This document shows positions 37,607-46,863 of a DNA stretch of 47,870 nucleotides, in pieces. The translations under genes and the position numbers were made by a program. How positions within the stretch are numbered: position 1 is the stretch's first letter; each line of letters begins with the position of its first letter. The notes below the pieces were generated by a model. The model was not told where the DNA came from, did not search any database, and was given only the letters and a program-made list of their open reading frames with translations. Origin of the DNA: Candidatus Kaiserbacteria bacterium (GTDB lineage Bacteria; Patescibacteriota; Minisyncoccia; Phycocordibacterales; JABMNX01); assembly GCA_013204405.1 (NCBI GenBank), contig JABMNX010000035.1, positions 1 through 47,870 on the forward strand, in the 5' to 3' direction.

Positions 37607-38428
37607 TTAATTTGTTTCTTGTTCGCTAGTCTCGTTCGTGTCTTGGCTGTCGGAGATACTGCTTTTCATTGCACGAATTGTTTGGATTAATGATGCGTGG
37701 GCATTACGCAAGTTTTCTTTTGCTTTCGTTAATTCAGAGACAACATTGCCAAACGAATCACGTGAAAGGTCAGCTGCGAGAGCTTCTCTAGCGTTCTCAA
37801 CTGAAGTTGCAATATTTTCTTTTGCTTTCTCAATGTCATTTTTTGCGTCTCCGATTAGGCGCCTTGATTCAGTCATATCAACTCCCCGTTCTTCAAGTTT
37901 TACAATTCTTGATTCAATCCGCTCGGAAAGCTGTAGTAGCCGTGAGATTGCTGCATCCATTTTCCTTTTTACATTGTTTAGAAAATTAGCTACACGTTCT
38001 TGTTTTTTTTCCTTTAATTCGGCCAAGCGTTCTTCGCTGTTCTCGTTTGTTTTTTTGTCTCGCAGTTCTTCGCGTGCCTCTCTTTTATTTCCATCATTTC
38101 GTAATTCGGTTTTGTTTTCTCGTTTTTTTTGAAGAACATTTCGTGCTTTTTCAAGAAACGTTTGAGGTTTATCATTTCTCTCTCCAGATTCGACTTGGGT
38201 ATTTCTTACTTCGACATCTTTAACTTCCCGCACCTCTTTAAATCGTACAGGTACTGGTGCTATTTTGGGAGCATCTACCGGACGTTCACTTCGTGCATCG
38301 TTAACATCCGTTGTTCCAGGACGAAGCTGGGTTGCTGTTTGGGCGAATGTTACGGATAGAGTTATTAAGAAGAAAACTATTGCAGTAATAATACTTACCA
38401 TACCGAATGATAGAAATGAATATTTCAT
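37607..38428 (-). CDS. Secreted coiled-coil hypothetical protein (start 38428)
   Basis: Signal peptide ending TFAQ; charged helices; the track start at 38575 overlaps ppa. Confidence 0.75.
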   Translation of the reverse strand: MKYSFLSFGMVSIITAIVFFLITLSVTFAQTATQLRPGTTDVNDARSERPVDAPKIAPVPVRFKEVREVKDVEVRNTQVESGERNDKPQTFLEKARNVLQKKRENKTELRNDGNKREAREELRDKKTNENSEERLAELKEKKQERVANFLNNVKRKMDAAISRLLQLSERIESRIVKLEERGVDMTESRRLIGDAKNDIEKAKENIATSVENAREALAADLSRDSFGNVVSELTKAKENLRNAHASLIQTIRAMKSSISDSQDTNETSEQETN

Positions 38429-38528
38429 AGAATTTTTATAAATATATAATACTTCAAGTATAACAAAAAGAATGTTCCGATGGGAACATTCTTTTTGTTG
38501 ATAGTACAAACGCTTTATATAGGTGGTT

Positions 38529-39056
38529 TTAATCAGAAGGGAATTTCTCTTTATATAGTGTAATTGATTTCTCAAAATCAGACTGAGCAGCTGCTTTGTC
38601 TTTAAAACCTTTAACTTCTACTTCTTTGTTTTGGACTTTTTTATAGGTAGAAAAGAAGTGTTCAATTTCTTTAATGGTGTGCTTATTTATGTCACCGAGG
38701 TCCAATACCTCATCCCATCGAGGGTCCTTAATTGGAACTGCTATAATTTTATTGTCTGATTCTCCATCATCCATCATTTCCATCACAGCTACTGGTCGAA
38801 CGCGGACAAGTATTCCAGGAGCAAGTGGGTATGTAGTAAGAACGAGCACATCAAGTGCATCATTATCTTCCCACAAAGTCTTTGGAACAAAACCATAATC
38901 GAATGGGTAGTCTTGTGCTGTATGCATTGCTCTATCGAGGGCAATTAATCCAGTCTCTTTATCGATTTCGTATTTGTTTTTTGAGCCTTTTGGAATTTCA
39001 ATAATGACATTCATATCATCTTTAGTTCCTGGTTCAACATCGTGCCATAGATTCAT
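38529..39056 (-). CDS. ppa: Inorganic pyrophosphatase (family I)
   Basis: EIPKGSKNKYE, YGFVPKT, DNDALDVLV, HFFSTYK. Confidence 0.96.
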   Translation of the reverse strand: MNLWHDVEPGTKDDMNVIIEIPKGSKNKYEIDKETGLIALDRAMHTAQDYPFDYGFVPKTLWEDNDALDVLVLTTYPLAPGILVRVRPVAVMEMMDDGESDNKIIAVPIKDPRWDEVLDLGDINKHTIKEIEHFFSTYKKVQNKEVEVKGFKDKAAAQSDFEKSITLYKEKFPSD

Positions 39057-39079
39057 AATAACTAAATGTTAGTGAGTAA

Positions 39080-40411
39080 TTATTCCTCTTCCTCTTTTAG
39101 TTCTTCCTTTTTAGTATCATCGGTAGGTTTTTCAGGTTCCTCTGTTGTGCCCTCTTCCTTTGTTTCTTCTTGGGCAGTTTCGGCTGTTTCGGACTCTGGA
39201 GTCTCGGCTTCTTTAACAGTTTCTTCTTGTGTTTCAGTTATTTCCTCTGGTGTATCCTTAAGTTTTTCTTCCTCTTTGTTAATAGTAACACCAACTTCTT
39301 CTTTTTCTTCAGTAGTATCTCCACCAAGAGAGTGGATATCAATTCTCCAACCAGTAAGCTTTGCAGCAAGGCGTACATTCTGTCCACCCTTACCAATTGC
39401 AAGAGACTGTTGGTCTTCGGCTACTTCAACAGTGGCCTTTTGCTCTTCTTCGTCGATTTCAACATTAAGTACTTTTGCTGGAGAAAGCGCTTCCTCGATA
39501 AATTCTTTTGAATCTTCTGACCATTCAATAATATCGATTTTTTCTCCTCCAAGTTCTCCCATTACGGTAGCAACTCGAACTCCACGTTGCCCAACAAGTG
39601 AACCCACAGGGTCAATGTGTTCATCGTGTGAAACAACAGCAATTTTTGAACGAGAACCTGCTTCACGTGCGACCACTTTGATTTCAACTGCGCCTGACGC
39701 AAGTTCTGGGACCTCCATTTCAAAAAGCTTCTTAAGAAAATCAGGATGTGAACGAGACATTCGCAGAAATGTTCCGCGTTGGTTTTCTTCTACTGAGTAA
39801 AGATATGCGCGTAACCGTTCTCCTTGTCGGTACCGCTCTCCTGGAATTTGTTCTTCATACGGTAGGATTCCTGTTGCACGTCCGAGGTCAATAAACATGT
39901 TGCCTCTCTCGACTCGTTGTACTGTTCCTGTGATAATTTCTCCTTCACGTTCTCCGTATTCCTCTATAATAGAGACTTTTTCAGCTTCTCGTATCTTTTG
40001 AACAATAACTTGTTTTGCAGTTTGTGCTGCGATTCGTCCAAAGTCGTCTTTCATTTCAAGAGGAAATGAGATTTCACTATCGAGTTCCGCATCTTTTTTA
40101 ATACGTTTTGCATCTTCCATCATAATATGATGCTCTGGGTTAAATCGTGAGCGTACGTCGTCCTCATTCTCTGGCTCTTCTTCCTCACCTCGAACAAGTG
40201 TGTCATCAACGACAATTTTTACTTGAGAGAATTCAACATCTCCTGTATTTAAATCAAATGTAGCGCGGATAATTTGCCCACGTTTCCCGTATTCTTTTTT
40301 ATATGCAGTAGCAAGAGATGTTTCGATAGCGTCGATAATTTTTTCACGGGGAATGCCGCGCTCTTCTTCGAGTTGGTCTAGTACTGAGTGTATTACCTTT
40401 AAGTCAAACAT
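39080..40411 (-). CDS. nusA: Transcription termination/antitermination factor NusA
   Basis: FGRIAAQTAKQV, AREAGSRSKIAV, SLAIGKGGQNVRLAAKLTGW; acidic tail. Confidence 0.98.
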   Translation of the reverse strand: MFDLKVIHSVLDQLEEERGIPREKIIDAIETSLATAYKKEYGKRGQIIRATFDLNTGDVEFSQVKIVVDDTLVRGEEEEPENEDDVRSRFNPEHHIMMEDAKRIKKDAELDSEISFPLEMKDDFGRIAAQTAKQVIVQKIREAEKVSIIEEYGEREGEIITGTVQRVERGNMFIDLGRATGILPYEEQIPGERYRQGERLRAYLYSVEENQRGTFLRMSRSHPDFLKKLFEMEVPELASGAVEIKVVAREAGSRSKIAVVSHDEHIDPVGSLVGQRGVRVATVMGELGGEKIDIIEWSEDSKEFIEEALSPAKVLNVEIDEEEQKATVEVAEDQQSLAIGKGGQNVRLAAKLTGWRIDIHSLGGDTTEEKEEVGVTINKEEEKLKDTPEEITETQEETVKEAETPESETAETAQEETKEEGTTEEPEKPTDDTKKEELKEEEE

Positions 40412-40486
40412 AATGGTGTATTTAATTGTGCTTTTAAAATATTTTTAAAAAAAATCGCCCGTTTCATAACGGACATCTGTACAAGT

Positions 40487-40515
40487 AATTTATCACAAAG
40501 AGTAAGCTTCGTCAA
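40487..40515 (-). promoter_or_regulatory. nusA promoter
   Basis: TTGACG-17-TAAATT with extended -10 TG on the minus strand. Confidence 0.6.
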
Positions 40516-40576
40516 CAATGCACAGAAATGTGCCTAAAACTCACATATGCTCGGGTGTAGTTTTTAGGGAAAGTTT

Positions 40577-40610
40577 AACCCCGTACGTTCGCAAGCGAAC
40601 GTACGGGGTT
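40577..40610. terminator. GC-rich perfect hairpin
   Basis: aaccccgtacgttcgc-aa-gcgaacgtacggggtt. Confidence 0.65.
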
Positions 40611-40647
40611 TAGCATTGGTGTTACCTTGACCGATTATCTGGGAGGT

Positions 40648-40821
40648 CTATCCACGACTCCACGACCGGCAGGCTAGGCACCCACAGTTTTCGGAGTGTC
40701 CAGGAGCAGGGCCGCGATCGATTTCATCGTCCTCGACCCACCCCAAGTCATCGCTCCACACAGTCTTTGTTCGCCCAGTTTTCTTCGGATACTTGCTTTC
40801 TTCGTCATCATCGTAGCTCAT
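40648..40821 (-). CDS. 57-aa acidic protein with H-x3-C-x-C-x2-C motif
   Basis: AAGGAG SD before ATG 40821; HSENCGCLAC. Confidence 0.6.
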   Translation of the reverse strand: MSYDDDEESKYPKKTGRTKTVWSDDLGWVEDDEIDRGPAPGHSENCGCLACRSWSRG

Positions 40822-41031
40822 GTTAATCTCCTTTATTTTATGAAAGAACCAGACCATATATTTAGTCTCTCGTCTACATATCAAATATACGCTTTGGCGT
40901 GAGTTTGTACAAATTTATCCATCTTCTTGCTCTGAACACTGTATCATTCTTATTTAGAGCCATATATCAATAGTTATGATTTACAAAAAAAGTGTAATTT
41001 GATAGGATATTGGGTAATGCATACAGGAGAT

Positions 41032-41820
41032 ATGGATATATTAGATTTAACAAAAATTGAGCAAAAAGTTCTCAAAGTGCTTCTTTCCGGCGAATCCCAG
41101 TCAGTTGCTGATATTCATAAAAAGTCAAAAGTTGGATATACGTCCGTAAAAGCAGTACTTATTCGTCTCCGCGAGCGTGGATTAGTTCAAAAACACCAGA
41201 AAGGTAAACGGTTTGAGTGGAAATTATCTGGTAGAAAAAAAATCAACCGGGAGATATCCGAAGTGTTGTCCTATACCCATTCTGGAGAAGTGATACTGGT
41301 CCCCGAAGAGAAGGCAATAGACTTCAATGAGGCACTCAACATACAACTCTTTTCTGGCTTAGATGACATGATAAAAATTATTAAAGAGTCATTTTCTCTA
41401 CATAAAGCAGAGCGACTTTTGGTGATAGAGAGCCGGTCGTCAACGATAGATATCCTAAAAAAAGTTCCCATAGATGTCATTAACACTGTTAACGAGGTTG
41501 CATATACACATCAAATTATTACTGAAGACATAATATCTGAAGGGGTACTTAATGAATTACGTTACCTCGTTGAAAAAGAACCGTCGTGGGCACCGAGCGC
41601 ACTTGGCCGCACATTTGATATGCGTGTAGTTTCAAGTGAGGTCCTTGATAACTTAAAAGGAAATTTAGCCATTTACCGTGACGTTGTTCTTATTACTGAT
41701 TGGGATAAAGAAACACTTATACGTATTAAGAATCGTGAGGCGGTAGAATTATTTACAATATTATTTCGTGCTCTTCAAGAAACAGGGAAAAAGATACACG
41801 TGAGTGAAGCGTTGAAATAA
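41032..41820 (+). CDS. TrmB-like transcriptional regulator (wHTH plus effector domain)
   Basis: LTKIEQKVL..LL...SVADI..L.RL.ERGLV; AGGAGA before ATG 41032. Confidence 0.75.
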   Translation: MDILDLTKIEQKVLKVLLSGESQSVADIHKKSKVGYTSVKAVLIRLRERGLVQKHQKGKRFEWKLSGRKKINREISEVLSYTHSGEVILVPEEKAIDFNEALNIQLFSGLDDMIKIIKESFSLHKAERLLVIESRSSTIDILKKVPIDVINTVNEVAYTHQIITEDIISEGVLNELRYLVEKEPSWAPSALGRTFDMRVVSSEVLDNLKGNLAIYRDVVLITDWDKETLIRIKNREAVELFTILFRALQETGKKIHVSEALK

Positions 41821-41894
41821 TTTTTACTTTGAGTTTTCAACTATACGTGTGTAAACCTACACTCATAAACTGATATACTAAAAGTACTTCGAGT

Positions 41895-43643
41895 ATGTAC
41901 ATAAATGAAAAACAATTAAAAGAATTTATCCTTGATGCAAATTTGGTTTCTAAAAGCGTGTATGAAAAGGCGGAGGAAGAGGCAAAAAAACGCAGTCAAC
42001 CAGTGGGAGATATTCTTGTCTCAAATGGAGATATCACCGAGGATGATTTACGTAAGATGCACGCGTATGTTCTTGGAATTCCTTTCATTAAATTGGAAGG
42101 TAAGCGAATTGACCCAGAAGTACTCTCTCTTATTCCTGAACCGATTGCTCGGAATCATAATATTATCGCGTATAAGAAGACGGAGGACAGTCTTGAGGTT
42201 GCAATGCTTAACACTGACAACTTAACGGCAATTGATTTTGTTAAAAAGAAAGTGCGACTGAAGATACTCCCACGTCTTACTGACACCAACTCTATTAAAG
42301 TAGCTCTTAAGCAGTACCAAAAAAGTCTCAAGGATGAGTTTGGTGAAATAATTCAACGCGAAACAGCGTCACTAAAAGAGACTCTCGGAGAAGGTGAGGA
42401 AATGACAGGAGAAGACCTTAAGAAACTTGCTGAGGATTTGCCAGTTGTTCGTATTGTTGATTCACTACTTCGTCACGCGATTAACCAGAATGCATCAGAC
42501 ATTCACATCGAGCCGATGGATGAGCAGGTTCTTATCCGGTACCGAATTGATGGAATTCTGCACGACGCAATGACACTCCCCAAGGGAGCTGCTTCATCAA
42601 TTACTGCGCGCATTAAAGTACTTTCGAGTTTGAAGCTTGACGAAAAGCGGCTTCCACAAGACGGTCGTTTCAAGATGGAAACAGGAAATGAACGTGTGTC
42701 ATTTCGTGTTTCTATACTCCCTACATATTTTGGAGAGAAGACAGTAATGCGACTTCTTCGTGAAGATATTTCAGGATTCACACTTGAAGGTCTTGGGTTT
42801 CATGGGGGAGGTCTCGAAAGAATTCATGAAGCAACTCGCCATAAAACAGGGATGATTCTTACAACTGGTCCTACTGGTTCAGGAAAAACTACAACTCTGT
42901 ATACTATTCTTAGTATTTTAAACACGACGGATGTAAACATATCTACTGTTGAGGATCCGATTGAGTACCAGATGCCACGGATTAATCAGACTCAAGTAAA
43001 ACCTGATATAGGCTTTACGTTTGCAACAGGACTTCGTGCTCTTGTGAGACAAGACCCCGATGTAATTATGGTGGGGGAAATTCGAGATAATGAAACTGCG
43101 TCGTTAGCAAGCAATGCATCTCTCACAGGGCATTTAGTGCTCTCAACACTCCACACGAACTCTGCGGCTGGAGCAGTTCCACGATTATTAGATATGGATG
43201 CCGAGCCGTTTCTCTTGGTTTCAACCATTAATGTTATTATCGGACAGCGTTTAGTTAGAGAATTGTGTGATTCTAAAGAAGAATACAAACTTACGAGCAC
43301 AGAACTGGAGAAAATAGCAAAGGTAGTTGACCTCGATTCTGTTCTCAAAGCTCTTAAGGAAGAAAATATAGTTGATAAGAAAGCTGAATGGAAAGATGTT
43401 CCGTTTTTTAAAGAGAAGCCCTCAGCAGAATGTGCTGATGGGTTTAGTGGGAGACTCGGTATTCATGAGATTTTATATGTGTCTGATGCGGTTAAAGGAT
43501 TAATTATGAAAGGTGCAACATCTGAAGAAATAGAAGCTCAAGCAAAAAGTGAAGGAATGATGACAATGATTGAAGATGGTATTTTTAAGTGCGTACAGGG
43601 GATTACCACTATTGAGGAAGTGTTGCGAGTTGTTTCAGAGTAA
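41895..43643 (+). CDS. pilB: Type IV pilus assembly ATPase PilB/GspE
   Basis: ASDIHIEP, RLPQDGR, GPTGSGKTT, RQDPDVIMVGEIRD, TGHLVLSTLHTN. Confidence 0.95.
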   Translation: MYINEKQLKEFILDANLVSKSVYEKAEEEAKKRSQPVGDILVSNGDITEDDLRKMHAYVLGIPFIKLEGKRIDPEVLSLIPEPIARNHNIIAYKKTEDSLEVAMLNTDNLTAIDFVKKKVRLKILPRLTDTNSIKVALKQYQKSLKDEFGEIIQRETASLKETLGEGEEMTGEDLKKLAEDLPVVRIVDSLLRHAINQNASDIHIEPMDEQVLIRYRIDGILHDAMTLPKGAASSITARIKVLSSLKLDEKRLPQDGRFKMETGNERVSFRVSILPTYFGEKTVMRLLREDISGFTLEGLGFHGGGLERIHEATRHKTGMILTTGPTGSGKTTTLYTILSILNTTDVNISTVEDPIEYQMPRINQTQVKPDIGFTFATGLRALVRQDPDVIMVGEIRDNETASLASNASLTGHLVLSTLHTNSAAGAVPRLLDMDAEPFLLVSTINVIIGQRLVRELCDSKEEYKLTSTELEKIAKVVDLDSVLKALKEENIVDKKAEWKDVPFFKEKPSAECADGFSGRLGIHEILYVSDAVKGLIMKGATSEEIEAQAKSEGMMTMIEDGIFKCVQGITTIEEVLRVVSE

Positions 43644-43654
43644 TAAAATATTAT

Positions 43655-44869
43655 ATGCCACTGTTCACATACAAAGCAAAAAATAAAAACGGGGATGTAT
43701 TTAAGAGTACTGCGTCTGCCAAAGATAAGTTTGAGTTATATGACCTAATTAGAAAAGATGGGTCAGAAATAATCGAAGTACACGAAAAGGGGAGTAGAAG
43801 ATTTTCAATGAACCAATTCAATGAGTTGTTTGGTGCTGTCAAAGAGCATGAAAAGGTTATCCTCACACGTAATCTTGGAGCAATGATTGAAGCGGGGCTT
43901 TCACTTACACGAGCACTTACTGTGCTTGAACGACAGTCAAAGAACCAAAAGCTCAAAATGGTACTTGCGGGGGTTAATAACGACGTAAAAAGTGGGAACA
44001 ACTTCCATACCGCACTTAAAAAGTTTCCAAAAGTTTTCTCACCACTCTTTGTTTCCATGGTTTTGGCTGGTGAGGAGAGTGGAAAACTTTCAGGAGCTCT
44101 TAATCTTATCGGCTCACAGCTTGAACGATCTTATACCCTTAAAAAGAAGATAAAGGGTGCGTTGATTTATCCGGGGATTATTCTTATCGCGATGGTTATT
44201 ATTGCGGTCTTGATGCTCGTCTTTGTTGTGCCGACACTAACATCAACTTTTGAGGAGCTTGGTGCAGAGTTACCCGCAAGTACACAAGGTATTATTACTG
44301 TAAGTAAATTTTTATCAGAACAGACACTCCTTGCAATCTTGATACCAGCATTACTTGGGGCTCTCATATATTATGGTCTCAGAACCAGGAGAGGAAAAAG
44401 AGCCTTTAGTTTTGCCATACTTCATGTCCCTATTATTGGGGAGCTTGTTAAAGAAATTCAAGCTGCACGTACTGCCCGAACACTTTCGTCGCTACTTTCT
44501 TCCGGAGTCGAAATAGTTACAGCTATTTCAATAACAGGTGAGGTTCTACAAAATCCATATTATAAAGAAGTACTCGCCCGTGCTGAGAGTGACGTGCAGA
44601 AAGGCACACCTCTTTCAGGGTCATTTACTGACAATGAGCACCTCTACCCAATTTTAGTCGGAGAAATGATTTCAGTTGGAGAAGAAACAGGTAAGTTGCC
44701 CGACATGCTCTTGCGTGTTGCGGAATTTTACGAGTCAGAGGTTGAGCAAAAAACAAAAGACATGTCGACAATCATTGAACCGTTCTTGATGATTATTATC
44801 GGTACATTCGTTGGATTCTTTGCACTCTCTATGATTTCACCGATTTACTCCCTTTCAGAAAGTATCTAA
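43655..44869 (+). CDS. pilC: Type IV pilus platform protein PilC/GspF
   Basis: AGEESGKL, KIKGALIYP, VGEETGKL, IIEP. Confidence 0.95.
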   Translation: MPLFTYKAKNKNGDVFKSTASAKDKFELYDLIRKDGSEIIEVHEKGSRRFSMNQFNELFGAVKEHEKVILTRNLGAMIEAGLSLTRALTVLERQSKNQKLKMVLAGVNNDVKSGNNFHTALKKFPKVFSPLFVSMVLAGEESGKLSGALNLIGSQLERSYTLKKKIKGALIYPGIILIAMVIIAVLMLVFVVPTLTSTFEELGAELPASTQGIITVSKFLSEQTLLAILIPALLGALIYYGLRTRRGKRAFSFAILHVPIIGELVKEIQAARTARTLSSLLSSGVEIVTAISITGEVLQNPYYKEVLARAESDVQKGTPLSGSFTDNEHLYPILVGEMISVGEETGKLPDMLLRVAEFYESEVEQKTKDMSTIIEPFLMIIIGTFVGFFALSMISPIYSLSESI

Positions 44870-44891
44870 CATTAAGTCAAATAATTGCACA

Positions 44892-46253
44892 ATGTCACTC
44901 TATTTCCATGCATATTTAAAAGGAGGCCAGAAGGGAACATCTCTACTTGATACTGTTTTTGGTACCGCCCTACTTCTTATAGTATTTGTTGGTTTGTACG
45001 GAGCATTTCAACTTACACTTGAATTGGTACAAAGCTCAAAATCTAAAACAGGGGCACTTGCACTCGCAAGTGAGAGGATGGAGTACGTTCGAAGCCTCGG
45101 ATATGATGATGTTGGAACAGTTGGTGGAATCCCTGCAGGAGTATTGGTTGAAGAAGAGACTGAAACGTTAAACGGTATCGAGTATGCTCGTCGTACATTT
45201 GTCCAATATGTTGATGCGTCTCAAGATGGGTTAGGTGGTTCGGATTCAAACGGCATAACAACTGATTATAAAGTTGTGAAGGTAAATATTGAATGGGACT
45301 TTCGTGGGGAGAGTCGTTCATTTTTTCTTGTTACTAATATAGTTCCACAAGGAATGGAAACAGTGTCAGGAGGAGGAACTCTTCGTATTACGGTACTTAA
45401 TTCTCTCGGCTCTCCTGTGACAAGTGCACAAGTAAACTTAGTTAACAATAATGTTGTACCTGCAGTATCTCTTTCAACATTTACTAATACGAGCGGTATT
45501 GTTGAATTTCCGGGAGCGCCTTCTGCTAATAGTTATGAGGTTACAGTAAGTAAAACTAATTACAGTGGAGCACAAACGTACTCCGTTTCAGTGGCTAACC
45601 CAAATCCTAGCCCAGGACATCTGACTGTAGTTGAAACTCAAACTACTTCGTCAAGCCTTTCTATAGATGTGGTTGGTAATGCAACAATACGTACATTTGA
45701 ATTAGGCACCACCACTCCTCTTGCTGATATTCCGCTTTCAATTATAGGAGCAAAAACAATAGGAACTGACAGCGGTGACAATCCTGTATATAAATATTCA
45801 TCCTCAATAGACACTGGTTCATCAGGAAGCATTACAGTAAACGACCTTGAGTGGGACAACTACACGATATCTATAGATGATACTGCGACAGGGTACGACA
45901 TAGCAGAGGTATGTACCCCACAGCCATTTTCACTTCTTTCAGGAGAAAGTGAAACAGTGGATGTATATGTGGTAACTGATACACCGCATACTCTTTTGGT
46001 CGACGTTAAGGATGCCGGCGGCAGCGTATTAAGTGGAGCAACAATTCGTTTGTATCGTGGGGCATACGACACAACAATTGTTGGAGGAGTGTGCGGCCAA
46101 GCATTTTTTAATGATTCGGTCTCTGAAGGGACGGTAAGTGGTAGCAACCCTTATTCACTTGATGTGTCGCTCTCTGGATATACTTCAGAGACCGTGAGTA
46201 ATGTTGAAGTGAGTGACGTATCACGGTCAAGTGTTATTTTAAATAGTATATAA
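44892..46253 (+). CDS. Large minor pilin (PilV-like) with carboxypeptidase-regulatory-like beta domains
   Basis: Class III-like signal KG|TSLLD, hydrophobic helix, ALA.ERME..R. Confidence 0.75.
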   Translation: MSLYFHAYLKGGQKGTSLLDTVFGTALLLIVFVGLYGAFQLTLELVQSSKSKTGALALASERMEYVRSLGYDDVGTVGGIPAGVLVEEETETLNGIEYARRTFVQYVDASQDGLGGSDSNGITTDYKVVKVNIEWDFRGESRSFFLVTNIVPQGMETVSGGGTLRITVLNSLGSPVTSAQVNLVNNNVVPAVSLSTFTNTSGIVEFPGAPSANSYEVTVSKTNYSGAQTYSVSVANPNPSPGHLTVVETQTTSSSLSIDVVGNATIRTFELGTTTPLADIPLSIIGAKTIGTDSGDNPVYKYSSSIDTGSSGSITVNDLEWDNYTISIDDTATGYDIAEVCTPQPFSLLSGESETVDVYVVTDTPHTLLVDVKDAGGSVLSGATIRLYRGAYDTTIVGGVCGQAFFNDSVSEGTVSGSNPYSLDVSLSGYTSETVSNVEVSDVSRSSVILNSI

Positions 46254-46255
46254 GT

Positions 46256-46861
46256 ATGACTCCGAGAAATCATTCAAAAGGGTTCACATTAATTGAGACA
46301 CTCGTCGTGCTCGCTATTTTCATTGTTGTGTTAGGTGCACTAGTTTCTTCAATTCGGTTTTTTTATCGTTCAAACACGCACGCATTAGAACAATCATTTG
46401 CAATCAATAGTGCACGTATTGGGATAGAACGAATGGTTAAAGATACTCGAGAAGCTTCATTCTCTGATGAAGGTTCTTATCCCGTTATTTCTATGGCGAC
46501 ATCATCCTTTAGTTTTTATAGTGACGTAGACGAGGACATTTTTGTTGAAAAGGTACGATATTTTCTTGACGGTACAAACTTAAATAGGGGGGTCGTAGAC
46601 TCTACTGGAGACCCACTTGCGTATGATGATAACAGTGAGGTGGTCTCATTGGTTTCGGACAATGTGCGCAACAATACTGAGTCTGTAGTACTTTTTACGT
46701 ACTATAATGCTTCTGGAACTGAGATGGTAAGCCTGACAGATGTCACGGATGTTAGATTTGTCACTGCAGAGGTGGTTGTTAATGTTAATCCAGCACGACT
46801 GCCAAATAATTTCTCGCTTCGTTCTAGTGCAACACTACGTAACGTAAAAGAGAGTCAATAA
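46256..46861 (+). CDS. Prepilin-type minor pilin (PilW-like)
   Basis: SKG|FTLIETLVVLAIF N-methylation motif. Confidence 0.88.
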   Translation: MTPRNHSKGFTLIETLVVLAIFIVVLGALVSSIRFFYRSNTHALEQSFAINSARIGIERMVKDTREASFSDEGSYPVISMATSSFSFYSDVDEDIFVEKVRYFLDGTNLNRGVVDSTGDPLAYDDNSEVVSLVSDNVRNNTESVVLFTYYNASGTEMVSLTDVTDVRFVTAEVVVNVNPARLPNNFSLRSSATLRNVKESQ

Positions 46862-46863
46862 AC

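Noticed and set aside
39066..39800. 244-aa plus-strand ORF
   Set aside because: Antisense shadow of Glu-rich nusA
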